A DNA stretch of 38,078 bases from a virus. The first letter of the stretch is position 1. Each line of letters opens with the position of its first letter. Position numbers and translations under genes: made by a program. The notes under the pieces were generated by a model. The model was not told the origin of the DNA. It saw only the letters and a program-made list of their open reading frames with translations, and did not search any database. The stretch is taken from positions 1-38,078 of the IMG/VR virus record IMGVR_UViG_3300020036_000999, one strand, 5' to 3'. Positions 31,167 through 38,078 of this stretch are shown in pieces.

Positions 31167-34003
31167 TATTTTTCTCCTGTTATTGAGGTGACTGCGCCAG
31201 CAGCAGTGCGTGGTAGAATTCTACCATACTCTATTGCCGCAGAGGGAATTGCATATTCATCTGCTTTTTGAGCGCGTTCCAACGCGTTAGCAAAGGCTTC
31301 TGACGATATTAACTCCCTAGATAATTTATCGGCAAGTTTAGTGTCGGCTGATTTTAGTAAAGAAGTGTGAATCCATTTAACCAGCGAAGCGCCTTCAGTC
31401 AATGCAAACGGTAAAGATGGCGTCGCTTTGGTCGCCATTTTAATCGTCCCCTCGTTTGCTTTTCGTCCACTACTAGCAAGCTCAGCAAACTTTTTCTGGT
31501 CAGTAAGCGTGGCTAGGATACCTTCTACCGCGCGTTTAACTTGAGGCTTATCAGCGGTTAAATTATCAAGCGCTTGAGCAGTGTCGTAAGGGTGTGCGGG
31601 CGCGGCTTTTTTAACGCTTTCAATCATTGACTGAATATGCGCTGTTTCTTTAAAATCAGCTAGTTTAGCCGCACCTTCTTCTTTACCATAAGTAGATTTT
31701 AATAGCGTCGCAATGCGCGGGTTTTCTAAAGCCGCATTTACTTTAGTGCCTGCTTTGTCTACGCCTGTTGTAATAGGCTCAAACGCATTGCTAATAACTT
31801 GCTTTGCCAATTCAGGTTTAGCTTCAGGCGTCATCTTGTGCAGTATGCGCCCCATTACACGAGCGTCAGCGTTGACCGCTACTTTAGCCAAGTTTGCCGC
31901 GTCAGATACGCCGCTTAGGTCTTTAGCTGATTTGCTAATAATACGCTGTTGATTAGCAACCGATTCGTCCACCACTTTAGGAATCGCTTTAACTTGCTCA
32001 CCAAGCGCGGTTTGATTTGCTTCGATAGGTTCAAAGTTACGCACGATTTCACTTAGCCGGTTTTGAATCCCCGCGCCAGTAGAATCAAGCGTTTTTAGCG
32101 CCTCTCGGTTATCTTTTAAAAATTTATCTGCGGATTTGCCGCCTTGCACAACTTCGGCGTTGAATTTGCCCTCAACGCCTGTTGCAATAGCTTGTAGCGC
32201 TTCGGGGTCATTCCCAAACGCGCGAATAAAATCCGCCGCTCTATCTGGCTGAAGCATCCGCTCCGTTACATCTGACGGGCTTATTTTAGGGCGAGCGTTA
32301 CTTGTCTGACGCGTTAAATTAGAAACGGCACCTTCTTTAAACGGCTCTGCAACAGTTGTTCTGTAAAGCTCATTGGCTTGGTTAAAAACGGTTCGCGCTT
32401 CAGAAGGTGCGTGTTTAGCGATAGATTCTTCAATACCCTGTCTTAATAAGTCTAAGTTAGCAATGGTAAGCCCTGCTTTAGGGTCACCTTTAAGATTTCT
32501 TGCTTCTTTTAATACGACACTGCGAAGCTCTTTAAGGTCTTCCAATTTAGCCGCATGAGGTATGCCCTCAGACGTCTTTTTCATTGGATTGCCTCTGGCG
32601 TCAAGAATTGCAGGCCCTTCTTCTGCTTTTTGTTTAAATACGGTAAGCGCTTTATCAGTTAAAGGGGCGGTATCTTTATTGATAGCGGTAGAAATTTTAT
32701 CCGCTATTTGAGATGCTTTATCAATTAACGGTTGAACGCTAAAAGGCTCAGGCGCAAGCTCATAGGCTTGTTTGTATATAGGACTTACTAGAGCTTTAGC
32801 TTCATCTTCTAGTGCTACTTTACGCGCAGCAATAGACTGCCCAATTTTACGTTGTTCTGGTTGCGCAACTGTACTAGCTACCTGCTGCTTGGCTTCTTCA
32901 AGTCCTGCCTGTTGTGTTTCGGCTTGGCGCAATAGTTCGGCTGTGCGAGCCGATTTAGTATCTTCAAGCGCTCCTTTCTGCGCAATTTGCGCGTCACGCA
33001 CGTTCTGATATGGCGCGTTAGCGCTTACATTGCTAACAGGCAATTCACCTTGGTGCAACGCATTAAGCGAGCTTTGCGCTTGATTAACTCTTGATGCTAA
33101 TGCTTCATTTTCGGCATTACGTTTAGCTGTCCATTCTTGCGGAAGTTGCTCCTCTGAAGTTCTTATTGACCCCGCTAATTCAGGCGAATTCATCTTGACG
33201 GCTAATTGTTCAGGTGTAACACCCTTATTTCTTAGCCGGTCAATCATAGCAGGTATATTTTCTTCGCTGCCTGCAATATCACGCATTTTTCTATTGACCA
33301 TAGCTTCTCTGCCACGCTCAAACACAGGCTCAACAATTTTATACCCTAGCTTAGCCGCAGGATTTATAAACGAAGTTGCTGCGCTTACGCCTCCGCCTAC
33401 AACGCCGCCAGTAAGTCCTCCATCGTCTTCAGGCGCTATAGCTTGCCCAGTCAACCCGCCTACGGCTGTGCCGGCGGTGGTTTTAGCAAGAAGGTTTTTA
33501 GCAAACCCTGTAGCTTCGCCAGTGCTTAATCCGCCAGATTTCAAGGCTTCTACAAATCGCGAAGGCGCTTTAGCTAATTTTGCCGCGCTCCCTAACGCTC
33601 CGCCAATAGGAAAAGTAGCGGCTACTTCACCTCCAAATTTACCCGCGCCATACACGTCACTTTCAGGTTTAACACCTAAATCAGTAAGTTTTTGTTGAAC
33701 GGCGGATTTAAAATCTTGCGCTGCGGTTGACTCAGGGTTAATTAGTTTATGCGGTATATCCGCTAAGTTGATTACTGCGTTAGCCGCCCCCCCTACAACG
33801 CCTCCAGCCAAATTTTGAGCTTCTTGCGCATAGGTATCTACAGGGTGTTCCATAAACCGTTTGAGCATTGACGGCTCTTGCTTAGGTGCTTCTTGCGCTT
33901 GAGCGCCGCTTAAATGCAATAGCCCTTCATCGCTTACTTTAGTTAAATCATTATTAGCTAACGCCATTAAATCACTATCGGATAACTTGCTTAAATCGGT
34001 CAT
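31166..34003 (-). CDS. Large internal virion / DNA-ejection protein (T7 gp15/16-position analogue)
   Basis: 945 aa, largely helical, located between smaller internal-protein genes and the tail fibre. ATGA and TAATG coupling. No enzymatic motif recognised. Confidence 0.5.
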   Translation of the reverse strand: MTDLSKLSDSDLMALANNDLTKVSDEGLLHLSGAQAQEAPKQEPSMLKRFMEHPVDTYAQEAQNLAGGVVGGAANAVINLADIPHKLINPESTAAQDFKSAVQQKLTDLGVKPESDVYGAGKFGGEVAATFPIGGALGSAAKLAKAPSRFVEALKSGGLSTGEATGFAKNLLAKTTAGTAVGGLTGQAIAPEDDGGLTGGVVGGGVSAATSFINPAAKLGYKIVEPVFERGREAMVNRKMRDIAGSEENIPAMIDRLRNKGVTPEQLAVKMNSPELAGSIRTSEEQLPQEWTAKRNAENEALASRVNQAQSSLNALHQGELPVSNVSANAPYQNVRDAQIAQKGALEDTKSARTAELLRQAETQQAGLEEAKQQVASTVAQPEQRKIGQSIAARKVALEDEAKALVSPIYKQAYELAPEPFSVQPLIDKASQIADKISTAINKDTAPLTDKALTVFKQKAEEGPAILDARGNPMKKTSEGIPHAAKLEDLKELRSVVLKEARNLKGDPKAGLTIANLDLLRQGIEESIAKHAPSEARTVFNQANELYRTTVAEPFKEGAVSNLTRQTSNARPKISPSDVTERMLQPDRAADFIRAFGNDPEALQAIATGVEGKFNAEVVQGGKSADKFLKDNREALKTLDSTGAGIQNRLSEIVRNFEPIEANQTALGEQVKAIPKVVDESVANQQRIISKSAKDLSGVSDAANLAKVAVNADARVMGRILHKMTPEAKPELAKQVISNAFEPITTGVDKAGTKVNAALENPRIATLLKSTYGKEEGAAKLADFKETAHIQSMIESVKKAAPAHPYDTAQALDNLTADKPQVKRAVEGILATLTDQKKFAELASSGRKANEGTIKMATKATPSLPFALTEGASLVKWIHTSLLKSADTKLADKLSRELISSEAFANALERAQKADEYAIPSAAIEYGRILPRTAAGAVTSITGEK

Positions 34004-35529
34004 TTTACAAGCCCTCGTCTACGAATTTCAGCCATAAGGTCGTTTTGTGGAGGTACGCCCACAGGCGCTTGTTGTACAGGCTGTTGTACAGGCTGTTGTA
34101 CAGGCTGTTGTACAGGCTGTTGTACAGGCTGTTGAGGATTAGCAAGTCGCTTGCTAATATCTGCGGTACCTGTTTTAAAACTTTCAAGTCGGTTGTTAGC
34201 TTCTTGTCGTAAAGTTTGCAAGCCCCTGTTAAATGCTTCTGGGCTGTCGGCAGTGCTTAGCATTTCACGAGCGTGTTTAGCGGCAGCCACAGATACAGCG
34301 GACGACCCAGTGCTACCAGACATGATTTTAGCGTATTCATTAACGGCTGTTTCAGTCGAGTTTTTAAACGCTTTTAATTCAGGGTTTTGAACGCCGCTTG
34401 ACTGCCATGACTGAATAAGTTGGTTAACCATTGGAGATTTAGTTCGTGCAATATTGTTGCTAAACTCAAGCGCCATTTGAGCGTTTTTATCAAACGTATC
34501 GCTAAAGTTTTTGGCGGCTTCATATTGCTTAGTTTGCACCCCTAATGAGCTAGCCCCTGCTTTAGCCCCTGCTGTCCCGCTAACAATAGCGTTAACATCG
34601 CCGCCGTTTTTAGATAGCCATTCTTGATACCGCACTTGCGTTTTAGCAGGGATTCTAGGGTTAAGCCCCGCTTGTTGCCCTTTATAAAGCTGCCCAAAAG
34701 AAGCGTTTTCTGAATCTGTAAACGGTTTAGCTGCGCCGCCCAACGCTCCACCCCCAGCGCCGTAAGGCTTAATTTCACCTGTACGGTGGTCAATAACCCC
34801 CACGCTTCCATCGGGTAGGTTAACTGGTGAATATGAAGGCGTACCACCGCTAGTAGGCGAAGGCATCATGTGTATATCAATTCGATTTTGACGATTTAAA
34901 TCGTTTTGACCACCTTGAAAGTTAATATTTTTATCTTGACGAGCATTTTTACCTGCTTCAGTTTGCGCAAGAATCAACTGTCTGAGAGCGGCTGCGTCTT
35001 CAGCGGCTACTCTCCGAGCTTCTCTATTAGCTTGATTGTTTCCTATAGTCTGCGCCATAGCGCCAACATCAGGGTTAACAACAGACAAAGCTAACGATTG
35101 TTTATCCATTTCTTCAGGGGTCACATTTTTAGCAACATTCTGCGCCATAGGTTGCGCAGGCGTGGCTTGAGGTTGGTCTTCTAATCTAACAAAAGCGCCT
35201 AAACGTGACCATATTGACGGGTCTTTTGCAGGTGTTCCTGCGGCTAATGCCATTTCAGGAGGTGCTTCTATACCTATAGAATTTAAACCTTTAACAGAAG
35301 CAGAAGCCCTTTCTTGCTCTGCTTTAGCCAAATCTTCCTTAGCTTGGCCTTCTTGATAGCCGCCCATAAGGTTTTTCACCGCGCCTAAGATAGCACCGCC
35401 AGTATTTGGAACGTACCATCCGCTAACCATCTGACCTGCGGCTACATTGTCGCCTTGTTCTTGTAGCTTACGGGCTAAAGCGATTCTATCTTTAGCGCCA
35501 AGTACCTTTTCATCATATAAACTAGCCAT
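34000..35529 (-). CDS. Internal virion protein with a C-terminal (QQPV)5 repeat
   Basis: Start refined to MASLYDEK (GGAGGAAgtaATG at 35529, overlapping the upstream stop). The 36-codon N-terminal extension in the track lacks an SD. Confidence 0.5.
   Translation of the reverse strand: MASLYDEKVLGAKDRIALARKLQEQGDNVAAGQMVSGWYVPNTGGAILGAVKNLMGGYQEGQAKEDLAKAEQERASASVKGLNSIGIEAPPEMALAAGTPAKDPSIWSRLGAFVRLEDQPQATPAQPMAQNVAKNVTPEEMDKQSLALSVVNPDVGAMAQTIGNNQANREARRVAAEDAAALRQLILAQTEAGKNARQDKNINFQGGQNDLNRQNRIDIHMMPSPTSGGTPSYSPVNLPDGSVGVIDHRTGEIKPYGAGGGALGGAAKPFTDSENASFGQLYKGQQAGLNPRIPAKTQVRYQEWLSKNGGDVNAIVSGTAGAKAGASSLGVQTKQYEAAKNFSDTFDKNAQMALEFSNNIARTKSPMVNQLIQSWQSSGVQNPELKAFKNSTETAVNEYAKIMSGSTGSSAVSVAAAKHAREMLSTADSPEAFNRGLQTLRQEANNRLESFKTGTADISKRLANPQQPVQQPVQQPVQQPVQQPVQQAPVGVPPQNDLMAEIRRRGLVK
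34069..34137 (-). repeat. 12-nt tandem repeat, about 5.5 copies (ctgttgtacagg on the plus strand; encodes QQPV)
   Basis: Perfect copies at 34081, 34093, 34105 and 34117. A one-mismatch copy at 34069 and a partial copy at 34129. Confidence 0.9.
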
Positions 35530-35821
35530 TACTTCCTCCAAATAGCCCGTTCCACTTATTCTGCATACCCTGCATAAAACTGCCTTCGTCAGGTGTTTTA
35601 GCTTGTTGCGCAGCAAACGCAGGGTCAAACTTGCCAAACTCGTCAGCGTACTGCTGCGCGTCGCTTTTGCCGGCTTCTTTAATATCCTGATACCCTTTAG
35701 CTAACGTATCAGCGTTAGCCATTATTGTCTGTGCTGACGGCGCGGCGTTAAATTGCGGGTATTGCGGTTTATTTCTAAGTGCTTGCGCAAGCGCTTGTTG
35801 TTGTTGTTCGCCTAGCATCAT
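35522..35821 (-). CDS. Small Gln/Ala-rich virion-module protein
   Basis: 99 aa. The ATG shares one base with the upstream TAA (TAATG), and its stop overlaps the next ATG. Confidence 0.45.
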   Translation of the reverse strand: MMLGEQQQQALAQALRNKPQYPQFNAAPSAQTIMANADTLAKGYQDIKEAGKSDAQQYADEFGKFDPAFAAQQAKTPDEGSFMQGMQNKWNGLFGGSNG

Positions 35822-37836
35822 TATAGTAGCCCCAACATTGAATAGTTAACCATTTTAAACCCACTTGGGTGCGTAACAACAGCTTCTGGCATGACTTGTT
35901 CCACTTCGTCTGCCATAACACCTGAAAATGGTTGCCCCCACAAATAATCCCATGTGTAAAGTCCAATGCCAAGAACGTGCGTACCAATGCGTTTAATGTT
36001 CTTTTTAAGCCTTCTGTCAGACGCCGCTTTAATCCCCGCGCCACCAAGCGCCCCGCCTGCGCCAATTAACGAGCTAGTTAATGCCGAGTTAGATGCCATT
36101 TGTGCGTTATACGCGTTCATGTCGTATTGACCTTGCGCTGTAGCCGCACCGAGAAAATCCGGCCCCTGCCAGTTAGCGGCCTGTCCGGGGGACGTAACCC
36201 CAACAGCAGGTAGGTTAGCGGTGTTAAGTTGAGCACCTGTTCGCAACGCTTGCAGAATATTAAGTGGGTTCTGTTGAATCGCTTGATTCTGCGCGAGTTG
36301 TTGATTGCTGGCTTGATTGCTAAGTTGAGCGCTTTGCAGTTGTTGATTATATAACTGCGATAATTGCTCGTTATTTAAGTTAGCGTTAGCAAGCCCAGCG
36401 TTAAATGTTAACTGTTGCGCGCTATTTGAATCCGCTTGATTAGATGTATCCATGCCGAAACGCTGACTAACCGCTGCGTTTTGCGCTTGCATATTAGACA
36501 AATTTTGCCCGTATTGCTGTGCTTGCGCCGCATTTTGAAATTGCGCGTTGCCTTGTGCTTGATTGTACGCTTGCTGCTGCGCGGAATTAGCAAAATTTGC
36601 CGCCGTGACATTTTGACCAAATTGTTGCCCTAATGCAGCATTAGTAAGCCCCATATTGGTTTGCGCGTTGGCATTGTTCTGCCCCGCCGAAGCGTTAGCA
36701 AGTTGCTGCGCCGTGACATTTTGCCCAAACTGTTGACCTAAAGAAGTATTGCCAAATTGAGCGCCTTGTAGCCCCATACCAAACAGCCCCTGCGCTGCGG
36801 CTGTGCCTTGTCCAATCGCTTGGTTTCTTGCATCCGTGTACGCTTGTTGCTTTTGATTGTTAAAGTTTTGCATCGCATTGTTATACGCTTCACTTCCTCG
36901 CGTAATGCCTTGGTTAGCCAATTGGCTTTCCATTTTTGCTTGGTTTTGCGCAAACTGCGGGTCTAGGTACTGCGTATTAGCTTTATATAGCGCATCAACG
37001 GCTTGTTGGTTAAGTAACGTTGGGTCTAACCCTAAGCTAGTTTGAATTTTAGCAGAATTATTTAGCCCCGCCCCCAGTGCGCCCGCTTGCTGAGTAGCGT
37101 TTGCGCTTGTTTGAATTCTGTCACCGTTATTATCAACAACGTATTGCGCTTGCCCGTTTACGTCCCCAATAGACGTTCTCATTTGCCCCGCGCCCTCTAC
37201 GCTACCCTGCAAACCGGTAGTATTTAAGTTGCCTCCGGTAAACGTAGGTGCGTTAACGCTTTTCGTCATTAGGTCAGCAGTAGCCGCAGGGCCACCTTGG
37301 ACTTTAATATCCGGCGTTATATTACCGTTATAATTAGGGTCGGTAGGGTCGGTAGCGCGTCTTACAGCCTCAAGGCCTTTTAAAGAAATATCGGACAGTC
37401 CTAATTGCGCAACTTGGCTCTGGTTGTATAATGTTCTGTCGTTACCACCTAAAGTTTGCGCTTGCGTGTACTGCTGAGGTAGATACGTTACGTTAAACTT
37501 TTTAGGTAGCGTCCCACTAGCAAGATATTCTGCTTTTTGAGCGGGCGTAAGCGTAGATTGGTCAAAAGGCATATTGCCATATTTGTCCGCTTTAACGTCG
37601 GCAGGTAAATTATAGCTAACGCCCGACCCGCCTAATTCAGCTTGCTTTAAGTCTGTTGTTACTTGGTTGTTTGCGTCAAGGTAGTTACCGCTACTATCAA
37701 GCCTATACTGCATAGGCCCTGATTGATTGGTCATATTAGCTTTTTGTGCAGCAAGCGACGCGTTTTGATTGCCGGATGCGGTAGCTTGCGCGGCGGCATA
37801 ATAGTCTGGTGCCGCAGGCATAGTTGGGCTGCTCAT
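35821..37836 (-). CDS. Q/N-rich fibre-like protein with a C-terminal Peptidase_S74 intramolecular chaperone domain
   Basis: 671 aa. The C-terminus ASDRRLKKNIKRIG....LY.WDY......SGVMADEVEQVMPEAV......F..VNYSML matches the S74 autoproteolytic chaperone signature (SDrrlK.nI). Internal GQQFGQNVTA repeats. AGGAG SD. Confidence 0.65.
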   Translation of the reverse strand: MSSPTMPAAPDYYAAAQATASGNQNASLAAQKANMTNQSGPMQYRLDSSGNYLDANNQVTTDLKQAELGGSGVSYNLPADVKADKYGNMPFDQSTLTPAQKAEYLASGTLPKKFNVTYLPQQYTQAQTLGGNDRTLYNQSQVAQLGLSDISLKGLEAVRRATDPTDPNYNGNITPDIKVQGGPAATADLMTKSVNAPTFTGGNLNTTGLQGSVEGAGQMRTSIGDVNGQAQYVVDNNGDRIQTSANATQQAGALGAGLNNSAKIQTSLGLDPTLLNQQAVDALYKANTQYLDPQFAQNQAKMESQLANQGITRGSEAYNNAMQNFNNQKQQAYTDARNQAIGQGTAAAQGLFGMGLQGAQFGNTSLGQQFGQNVTAQQLANASAGQNNANAQTNMGLTNAALGQQFGQNVTAANFANSAQQQAYNQAQGNAQFQNAAQAQQYGQNLSNMQAQNAAVSQRFGMDTSNQADSNSAQQLTFNAGLANANLNNEQLSQLYNQQLQSAQLSNQASNQQLAQNQAIQQNPLNILQALRTGAQLNTANLPAVGVTSPGQAANWQGPDFLGAATAQGQYDMNAYNAQMASNSALTSSLIGAGGALGGAGIKAASDRRLKKNIKRIGTHVLGIGLYTWDYLWGQPFSGVMADEVEQVMPEAVVTHPSGFKMVNYSMLGLL

Positions 37837-37850
37837 GATAAACTCCTAAA

Positions 37851-38078
37851 TTATCTTAAAAATCGGCATTGCTCTTTGGTCATGGAAAAGAGCCATAAAT
37901 CGCCATTATACCCTGCGTCTTTAATTATATGCTCACATACAAACCCTGCATTTATCGCAAACCGAATACACTTTTCATTATCCGCTTGAATAGGCGCTAT
38001 TATTTTTTTAACTTTTAGCTCTATAAAAGGATAATGAAAAGCATACCATCGTATTTCTTTATTTCCTCTACCTTCTAC
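37851..38078 (-). CDS. GNAT-like acetyltransferase, 3' part of the junction-spanning ORF (stop at 37851..37853)
   Basis: Continuing the frame from 1..301 across the repeat gives ...CIRFAINAGFVCEHIIKDAGYNGDLWLFSMTKEQCRFLR*. The stop lies 14 nt upstream of the next gene's ATG, with the AGGAG SD in between. Confidence 0.5.
   Translation of the reverse strand, partial: VEGRGNKEIRWYAFHYPFIELKVKKIIAPIQADNEKCIRFAINAGFVCEHIIKDAGYNGDLWLFSMTKEQCRFLR
37958..38078. repeat. Right copy of the 121-bp terminal direct repeat
   Basis: Identical to 1..121. Confidence 0.95.

Noticed and set aside
33195-33698. 167-aa plus-strand ORF antisense to the 945-aa gene. The same applies to many other antisense or alternate-frame track ORFs (e.g. 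665..898, 8350..8652, 10206..10571, 12907..13272, 17530..17865, 19730..20086, 20062..20478, 36408..36633).
   Set aside because: These are shadow frames inside long, well-supported genes on the opposite strand or in another frame. They lack start context and have low-complexity or Ser/Pro/Arg-biased translations.
35530-35637. N-terminal extension of the 545-aa track ORF (MASLTLRLLRNKLKH...)
   Set aside because: The internal ATG at 35529 has a perfect GGAGGAA SD and overlaps the stop of the upstream 99-aa gene. The extension would overlap that gene by 116 nt and has no SD.
37958-38078. Terminal repeat as genuine T7-like direct terminal repeats marking the physical ends
   Set aside because: An intact ORF and the whole late operon read continuously across the junction. 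True termini inside a coding sequence are improbable. This remains to be confirmed with read-end analysis.

Overview
The window is one complete unit of a tailed dsDNA phage genome, about 37,957 bp. Bases 1..121 are repeated exactly at 37958..38078, and an ORF reads in frame across that junction. The repeat therefore looks like a circular or concatemer assembly overlap rather than physical genome ends. I recognised no rRNA, tRNA, CRISPR array, integrase, CI-like repressor or phage RNA polymerase, which suggests a virulent, host-RNAP-dependent, podovirus-like phage.

There are three transcription blocks:
1. A roughly 24 kb minus-strand late block runs 14186 -> 301 and continues across the window ends 38078 -> 27889. 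Its order is small and large terminase, portal, a tail-fibre/receptor-binding cassette (atypically placed between portal and scaffold), scaffold, major capsid, decoration-like protein, adaptor- and nozzle-like proteins, a GNAT-like protein, four internal-virion or fibre-like proteins, tail fibre, glycine-rich fibre, and a lysis cassette.
2. A minus-strand replication/recombination block spans 23627 -> 16769. It encodes a Cas4-like exonuclease, an unknown 212-aa partner, a low-GC PP-loop (PAPS-reductase-like) moron, a family A DNA polymerase and a primase-helicase.
3. Two plus-strand early blocks: the ArdA anti-restriction operon (14987..16293), and 23709..27900 (VRR-NUC, many micro-ORFs, HNH-like, DUF3310-like, SNF2 helicase).

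Nearly all gene junctions are translationally coupled (ATGA or TAATG overlaps).

The least explained parts are:
- the 800-bp repeat-dense non-coding control region (14187..14986)
- the convergent intergenic zone with iterons and a 33-nt A/T homopolymer (16294..16768)
- the uncharacterised small ORFs riding with ArdA
- the PP-loop moron
- a 21-aa x6 repeat protein
- a Q/N-rich protein ending in an S74-type chaperone domain
- a spanin-less lysis cassette

All family assignments come from motif recognition by eye. No database search was run.
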